Below the pieces are notes generated by a model, which saw only the letters and a program-made list of their open reading frames with translations, was not told the DNA's origin and did not search any database. Source: an uncultured Dehalococcoidia bacterium (GTDB taxonomy: Bacteria > Chloroflexota > Dehalococcoidia > Lucifugimonadales > GCA-2712585). Taken from it: 64,000 nt of DNA. Position numbers and translations under genes: made by a program. The DNA lies in contig OY282371.1 of the NCBI GenBank assembly GCA_958295715.1, positions 1,406,267 to 1,470,266 of the forward strand, given 5' to 3'. Positions 58,268 through 64,000 of the stretch are shown here, in pieces (within the stretch, counting starts at the first letter, position 1; each line of letters opens with the position of its first letter).

Positions 58268-60577
58268 TCAGCCCTTTCCCTTCCAAATCTCCTCCAGCAG
58301 GCTGGCGGGCGACATGGGGAGGGCGGTCATCCTGACGCCCACCGCGTCGTAGATGGCGTTGGCCACGGCGGCCATGGGCGGCACTATGGGCACTTCACCA
58401 ACGCCCCGCACGCCGAAGGGGTGCCCAGGGTTGGGCGTCTCGACTATAACCGTGTCTATCATGGGCAGGTCTAGGGAGGTGGGCATACGGTAGTCGAGGA
58501 AGGTGGGGTTGGTCATGCGGCCCGCGTCGTTGTAGAAGTACTCCTCGTTCAAGGCCCAACCGATGCCCTGAACGACCCCGCCCTGGATTTGGCCTTCCAC
58601 GTAGTCGGGATGCACCGCCTTCCCCGCGTCCTGTAGGGCGGTGTACCGGAGTATCTGCACCTTGCCCGTTTCCGGGTCCACCTCAACGTCCACGATGTTG
58701 ACGGCGAAGGCCGCGCCCACGCCCCGGGGGTCGACGGCGGCGCGCCCGACTATGGGGCCGCCCGTCGAGTTCAGCATTTCGGCCAACTCCTTGAAGGAGA
58801 GCCTGAGTTGGGGGTTGGTACGGTGAAGGAAGACGCCATCCTCCAAAACCACCTCGTCGGTGGGAACGTCCCACACCTCGGCGGCGCGCCGCGTCATCTG
58901 CCGCCTAATGTCCTGGGCCGCCTCCCAGCAGGCCCACCCGGTCTTGAAAGCCACGCTGCTGCCGCCGGTGCTGGAGGTGTAGCCGATGGAGCCGGTGTCG
59001 CCAATGGAGGGTATCACGTCGGTTACGGGTATCGTTAAGACCTCGGCCACGTGCATGGCCACGGCCACCCGGCTGCCGCCGATGTCGGGGGAGCCTTCCA
59101 CCAGACTGACGGAGCCGTCGGCGTTCACGCTGGCGAAGGCGGTGGATGGCCCGGTGTTGTTTCGCCAGAAGCCGGCGGCCACGCCCCTGCCCCGGTTCGG
59201 CCCCGTGAGGGGAGCGGCCAGATGGGGGTGGTCCTGAGCGGCCCGGACGGTCTCCACGAAGCCGATGCGGGGGAAGGACACGCCGCTAATCTGGCGCGTC
59301 CCCTCGGCGGCGGCGTTCAGGAGGCGAAACTCCAACGGGTCCATGCGCAGCTTCTCGCAGATGACGTCTATCACCGTCTCGGCGGCGAAGGCCGCGGCGG
59401 GGGCGCCCGGCGCGCGGTAGGCGGCGGTCTTGGGCTTGTTTATAACCACGTCGTAGGCCTCCACCCGGGCGTTGGGTATGTCGTAAGGGCCGAAGATGCA
59501 CTGGGCCCCGGCGCTTATGGGCGCGCCCGGGTAGGCGCCGGCCTCGTAGGCCAGGAAGGCGTCGGCGGCGGTGATGCGTCCCTCCTCGTCAACGCCCATC
59601 TTAACCCGCATGTAGCTCCCGGAGGTGGGGCCGGTTCCCTGAAACACCTCGGAGCGGTTCATGGTCATCTTGACGGGACGGCCGGACTTCTTCGATAGGA
59701 GGGCGGCCAGGGTTTCCAAGTAGGTGGAGAGTTTGCCGCCAAAGCCGCCGCCGATTTCCATGGGAATGACCCTGACGTTGGACACGGGTATCCCCAGGAT
59801 GATGGCCACGTTGTCGCGGATGGCGAAATGGCCCTGGGAACTGCACCACACGGTCAACTCGCCGGCGGGGTTCCAAAGGGCCGTGGCGCTGTGCGGCTCA
59901 ATGTAGCCCTGGTGCACGGTGGCCGTGCGGTACTCCCTGTCCACCACCACGTGGGCCTCGGCGAAGCCCTTCTCCGCGTCCCCCTTTTCCAGAATGAAAT
60001 GGTTGGAAACGTTGGTGCCCTTTCCGGCGTCGTCCTCGTCCCGGAGGCCGCCCGGCTGGATGCCCGCGAAGGAGAAGGTCGCCAGCCGGTCGTGGAGGAC
60101 CGGGGCGTCCTCCTCCATAGCCTTTAGAACGTCGGTGACCTCCGGGAGGGGCTGGTAGTCAACCTTTATGGCGGCGAGGGCCTCTTCAGCGACGTGGAGG
60201 CTGTCGGCGGCGACGGCGGCGACGGCGTGGCCCACGTAGAGGACTTTTTCGCCCGCGAGCACGTTGTTGCTCAGGAACTTGGGGTTCACCATGGCCCCCT
60301 CGCCCAGGTCCGCCGCGCGGCCGGAGGGCTGGGGCAGGTCTTGAGCGGTGGCCACGGCTCTGACGCCCGGGATGGCCAGGGCCGGGGTCGCGTCTATGGA
60401 GTTAACGCGGGCGTGGGGGTGAGGGCTTCTGAGGACAGCCCCGTAGATGAGGCCCGGCAGGTTGACGTCGGCCCCGTACTGGGCGCGGCCCGTCACCTTG
60501 TCGGCGCCGTCGTGTCGTATGGGCCTGGTTCCCACGACGTTGTAGCTTCCCGTGGCGAGAACGATGTTTGAGTCCAT
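58268..60577 (-). CDS. Xanthine dehydrogenase family molybdopterin-binding subunit
   Basis: DKVTGRA.Y..D, LRSPHPHA, GGGFGGK, AYRAPG, GQIQGG..QG.G, RGVGE. Confidence 0.92.
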   Translation of the reverse strand: MDSNIVLATGSYNVVGTRPIRHDGADKVTGRAQYGADVNLPGLIYGAVLRSPHPHARVNSIDATPALAIPGVRAVATAQDLPQPSGRAADLGEGAMVNPKFLSNNVLAGEKVLYVGHAVAAVAADSLHVAEEALAAIKVDYQPLPEVTDVLKAMEEDAPVLHDRLATFSFAGIQPGGLRDEDDAGKGTNVSNHFILEKGDAEKGFAEAHVVVDREYRTATVHQGYIEPHSATALWNPAGELTVWCSSQGHFAIRDNVAIILGIPVSNVRVIPMEIGGGFGGKLSTYLETLAALLSKKSGRPVKMTMNRSEVFQGTGPTSGSYMRVKMGVDEEGRITAADAFLAYEAGAYPGAPISAGAQCIFGPYDIPNARVEAYDVVINKPKTAAYRAPGAPAAAFAAETVIDVICEKLRMDPLEFRLLNAAAEGTRQISGVSFPRIGFVETVRAAQDHPHLAAPLTGPNRGRGVAAGFWRNNTGPSTAFASVNADGSVSLVEGSPDIGGSRVAVAMHVAEVLTIPVTDVIPSIGDTGSIGYTSSTGGSSVAFKTGWACWEAAQDIRRQMTRRAAEVWDVPTDEVVLEDGVFLHRTNPQLRLSFKELAEMLNSTGGPIVGRAAVDPRGVGAAFAVNIVDVEVDPETGKVQILRYTALQDAGKAVHPDYVEGQIQGGVVQGIGWALNEEYFYNDAGRMTNPTFLDYRMPTSLDLPMIDTVIVETPNPGHPFGVRGVGEVPIVPPMAAVANAIYDAVGVRMTALPMSPASLLEEIWKGKG

Positions 60578-60944
60578 TTTCGGCTGCCTCCGGCGTTGGC
60601 GGTGTGGGGGTACGGGGGGATTTTACCACAGCGGCCCATGGCTTTCATGGGCGGGGTTGCCTCCCGTCCGTCATTCCCGCTCTCACCCTCTTATCCGTCA
60701 TTCCCGCGCAGGCGGGAAGGGCGCGTGCGCCCACTTAGTTTTGAGTAGCGCTGGTTCTGCGCGTTAGGTGTCCGTCATCCGCCGCCGGGTTACCCCCGTT
60801 CCAACGCGCGCCCCTCCCTTCGTCATTCCCGCTCCCTCCCTTCCGTCATTCCCGCGCAGGCGGGAAGGGCGCGTGCGCCCACTTAGTTTTGAGGAGAGCC
60901 GGTTCTGCGTTGGAGGCTTCCCGGCGTTCCCACCTCCCCACTCG

Positions 60945-61977
60945 TCATTCCCGCTTCTCCCTCCCGTCATTCCCGCGAAGGCGGGATGTGAATTCACATT
61001 TCAAGTGCAACACCTTGTTCCGGAAAGTTTCGGCTGGGGTCCGGTAGTCCAGACACTTGCGAGGGGTGTGGTTGTAGGCTTGGACCAGTTGGGTGAAGCG
61101 CTCCTCGGACACCGCCGCCAGGTCGGTCTTGCGGGGCAGGGTCCTCCGCAGCCGGCCAATGGCGTTCTCCACGCCGCCCTTCTGCCAGGGGGAGCGGGTG
61201 TCGCAGAAGAAGGTCTGGATGCCGAGGGCGTGGAGAAGGTGGTGGCGGGCGAACTCCGTGCCGTTGTCGAAGGCGACCGTCTGGCGCCACTCCTGGGGCA
61301 AGGGCCCCAAGGGCCTCGGCGATAGCAGTGGCGATGGGTCCCGCGGCCTTCCCCGGGGGTCTGAGGGCTATGAGCAGGCGGGTGCAGCGCTCGTGGAGGA
61401 TGAGGACGACTTGGCCGTAGGCGCTGAAGAGCATGGTGTCGGCCTCCCAGTGGCCCGGCTTCTGGCGGTCATCCGCATCCTGAGGACGCTCTTCCAAGGG
61501 CAGGCGGTCGGGGATGAAGGACACGGAACTGCCGCCCCGGCGCCCCCGCCAGCCTCGTCTGGACTTGCGCCGGGGCAGGTAGAGCCGCCAGGAGTAGTCC
61601 TTCCTGCGGGCTATCTGGGCGTAAATGAACCGGTAGATAGACTCATGGGAGATGACCGTCCTTCCCTTCTCCAGGGCCAGCCGGCCGGACACCTGCTCCG
61701 GGGACCAGCCTAGCTCGAGACGGGCGAGGACATCCTCCCGAAGGGTGGGGTCGCGGGTCAGCCGGTGACCGTGCCAACGGCGGGCGTGGGCCTGTTGGTC
61801 GGCGTACTTGGGCCGGTAGCCGCCATTGGCCGAAGGATTGCGCTTCAACTCCCGAGCAACCGTTGATGGCGAGCGATCCAGAGCTGCCGCGATTTGGCGG
61901 AGGGAGTGTCCCGTGGCATGTAGTCGGGCAATTTCACACCGTTCCACAATGTCGAGCTGCGTGTAGTGGAGTCCCAT
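60945..61977 (-). pseudogene. IS30 transposase split by a single frameshift near 61310
   Basis: Frame 1: HTH, WSPEQ, SHESIY, GHWEAD; frame 2: FDNGTEF, SPWQKG.VEN, N.TPRKCL.Y.TP. Confidence 0.88.
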
Positions 61978-62021
61978 GGCAACACCTCAATTAAGTGTTG
62001 CACTTCGTTTGTGAGTTTAGC
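60987..62021 (-). mobile_element. IS30-family insertion sequence (1035 bp) inside a REP palindrome
   Basis: 27-bp imperfect IRs TGTGAATTCACATTTCAAGTGCAACAC / GCTAAACTCACAAACGAAGTGCAACAC (19/27); GA duplicated at 60985-86 and 62022-23. Confidence 0.92.
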
Positions 62022-62774
62022 GAATCCATCCCCCCTTATCCCCGTTGCGACAGGTGGCTGGCGCGGGATTGCCTCCCCGTCCGTCATTCCCGCGCCCTCC
62101 CTTCCGTCATTCCCGCGCAGGCGGGAATCCATCTCCTCTTATCCCCGTTTCGACAGGTGGCTGGCCCGTGGTTGCCGCCCCGTCCGTCATTCCCGCTTCC
62201 CTCTCCCGTCATTCCCGCGCAGGCGGGAATCCATCCCCTCTTATCCCCGTTGCGACAGGTGGCTAGCGCGTGGTTGCCGCCCCGTCCGTCATTCCCGCCC
62301 CCCTCCATCCGTCATTCCCGTGAAAACGGGAATCCAGGAACCCTTCATGGCAAAACCAGCGCTTCAACCCCTAGCGTCGCCTTGTGGGCGGCCCTCCGGC
62401 CCGCCGCTCGTAGGGGTTGGGTTGTCCGTTCATATGATTAGAGGGGGAAGATGGATTCCCGCCTGCGCGGGAATGACGGATTCGGGGGGCGGGGTTCGGG
62501 GCGCTGGCTCTGCGTTGAGGCCTTCCTGGATTCCCGCCTGCGCGGGAATGACGGGAAGGGAGGCGCGGGCGGTGGTAGCGAGCGTGACCGGTGGCCCCGG
62601 GGCTTGGGGCGTTGGCTTTGGGGTGTAAGGTTCCTGGATTCCCGTTTTCACGGGAATGACGGATAGGGGGGCGGCAATGACGGATTCGGGCGGGAATTCA
62701 GGGGGTGAAAGCGCAGGCGGCCTGTGGTATGCTCACTGTTGGGAGGAATCCAACAAAAAGTTTGGAGGTGAGCC

Positions 62775-63851
62775 ATGAAGTTGCCATTTGGAGTCGTTGA
62801 CGCCGACGGTCATATCAATGAGCCGGAGACCAAGCTGATGTCGTACCTGGAGGGGCCCTACGCCGACATCAAGAACTTTCACAGCTACATACCCGGCGGC
62901 GACGGCGCGGTGGGGGGAAGCGTGATTGCCGGCAAGGACTATATGGACTCGTCCCTGGGGGGCAGGCTCGGCGCCCACGGCGGGCCCGACTTCCCAACGC
63001 CCCAGGAGTGGCTCGATAACGCCGACGTGGGGAGCATGGAGACGGTTTTCGTCTTCCCAACAACCCTCTTGGGTTACGCCCGCATCATCGACCCGGACTA
63101 CCTCATCGCCCTGACGAGGGCCTACAACAACTACATCTCCGAGGAGTGGTTGAAGTTCAGCCCCAGGTTCAAGTCGGTGGCCCTGATGCCGATGATGGAC
63201 GTCGAGGAGTCGATTAAGGAGATGCGGCGGTGCGTCACCGAGTTGGGCTTCAACGGGGTTTTCCTCTCCGCCGTCGGGTTTGGGCTGCTGGGCGAGAAGC
63301 GGAATGACCCCTTCTACGCCGAGGCGGAAAGGCTGGGAACCACCGTGGCCGTCCACGGCGGCCACGCCACCGCCGAGTCTCAGAAGTACACCAAGTTCAT
63401 CCAGAGGCACACCATCGGGTTCCCGGTTTCCAACATGATGCAGATGATGCACATGACCTACGAGGGCGTCTACGAGAAGTTCCCCACCCTTAAGGTCGGC
63501 TACCTGGAGGCGGGATGCACCTGGGTCCCCTACCTCCTGGACCGCATGGATGAGGAGTGGGAGAAGCGGGGCTGGTTTGAGACCCCCAACTGCAAGAAGA
63601 AGCCCAGCGAGTACATTAAGGGCGGGAACGTCTTCATCCACGCGGAGCCCGGCGAGGAGCTAATCCCCGAGGTCATCCGGGTGATGGGCTCCAACCGGCT
63701 CTTCTACGCCTCGGACTGGCCCCACTGGGACAACGAGTACCCGGACAGCGTGTTCCACATCTGGCAGCGGGACGACCTGACGGAGGAGCAGAAGCGGGGA
63801 ATACTGCGGGGCAACGCCTCGGAGATGTACGGCTTGGCGAACGGCGGCTAG
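62775..63851 (+). CDS. Amidohydrolase_2 family protein
   Basis: VDADGH, RAYNN, VAVH, LEAG..W, ASDWPHWD; GGAGG RBS. Confidence 0.9.
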   Translation: MKLPFGVVDADGHINEPETKLMSYLEGPYADIKNFHSYIPGGDGAVGGSVIAGKDYMDSSLGGRLGAHGGPDFPTPQEWLDNADVGSMETVFVFPTTLLGYARIIDPDYLIALTRAYNNYISEEWLKFSPRFKSVALMPMMDVEESIKEMRRCVTELGFNGVFLSAVGFGLLGEKRNDPFYAEAERLGTTVAVHGGHATAESQKYTKFIQRHTIGFPVSNMMQMMHMTYEGVYEKFPTLKVGYLEAGCTWVPYLLDRMDEEWEKRGWFETPNCKKKPSEYIKGGNVFIHAEPGEELIPEVIRVMGSNRLFYASDWPHWDNEYPDSVFHIWQRDDLTEEQKRGILRGNASEMYGLANGG

Positions 63852-63867
63852 GGCCGGCTAGGGCCGG

Positions 63868-64000
63868 CTAGGTAAGGTCCCAGGACACCCCGACGTCCTG
63901 GGCCAGTTCCTTCAGTTCGTCGACCACCGCCGGCAGCAGGGGCACGCCGTTGGCCCTGCGCCGCTGCTCGCTGGCGTGCTCCGGGTCCCCGGCCACCAGA
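63868..64000 (-). CDS. 3' end of Ldh_2 (malate/L-lactate dehydrogenase-like) oxidoreductase, partial
   Basis: LVAGDPE...RRRANGVPL...VVDEL..LA..VGVSWDLT-stop. Confidence 0.6.
   Translation of the reverse strand, partial: LVAGDPEHASEQRRRANGVPLLPAVVDELKELAQDVGVSWDLT

Larger units (their letters stand above)
60665..62700. repeat. Large REP mosaic interrupted by IS30
   Basis: About ten full palindromes plus half-sites; three ~102-bp tandem units at 62024-62330. Confidence 0.9.

Noticed and set aside
58268..60577. Aerobic CO dehydrogenase CoxL
   Set aside because: Active-site loop is AYRAPG, not AYxCSFR, and no coxMS adjacent

Overview
GC-rich bacterial chromosomal window. Gene content and style (MetK N-terminal extension, several amidohydrolase/ThDP/molybdoenzyme paralogues, clpC-PIN/TRAM-ispD-ispF-cysS order) suggest Chloroflexota, Dehalococcoidia/SAR202-like; this is inference. 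About 60 CDSs, mostly housekeeping: SAM cycle/methionine salvage, purine, riboflavin, inositol glycolipid, heat-shock, MEP and prfB genes. No tRNA, rRNA or CRISPR array seen. Highlights: (1) a three-subunit Co-type nitrile hydratase/thiocyanate hydrolase-like enzyme at the end of an mtnA-mtnP-rhodanese-pfkB-ahcY-metK run; (2) intergenic mosaics of the palindrome CGTCATTCCC-N8-GGGAATCC (dRS3/CGTC-REP-like) with reused cassettes, one interrupted by an IS30 element with a 2-bp target duplication; (3) a minus-strand accessory block (24.7-32.7 kb) with a DUF6884-like/HhH glycosylase pair, an orphan DUF4258-like gene with a structured leader, a coiled-coil/RelE-like protein and a helicase with a possible SeqA-like tail, a candidate defence island; (4) a prfB +1 frameshift lacking the usual internal Shine-Dalgarno, in a window where TAG is the commonest stop. 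All calls come from motif recognition by eye; no database searches were run.
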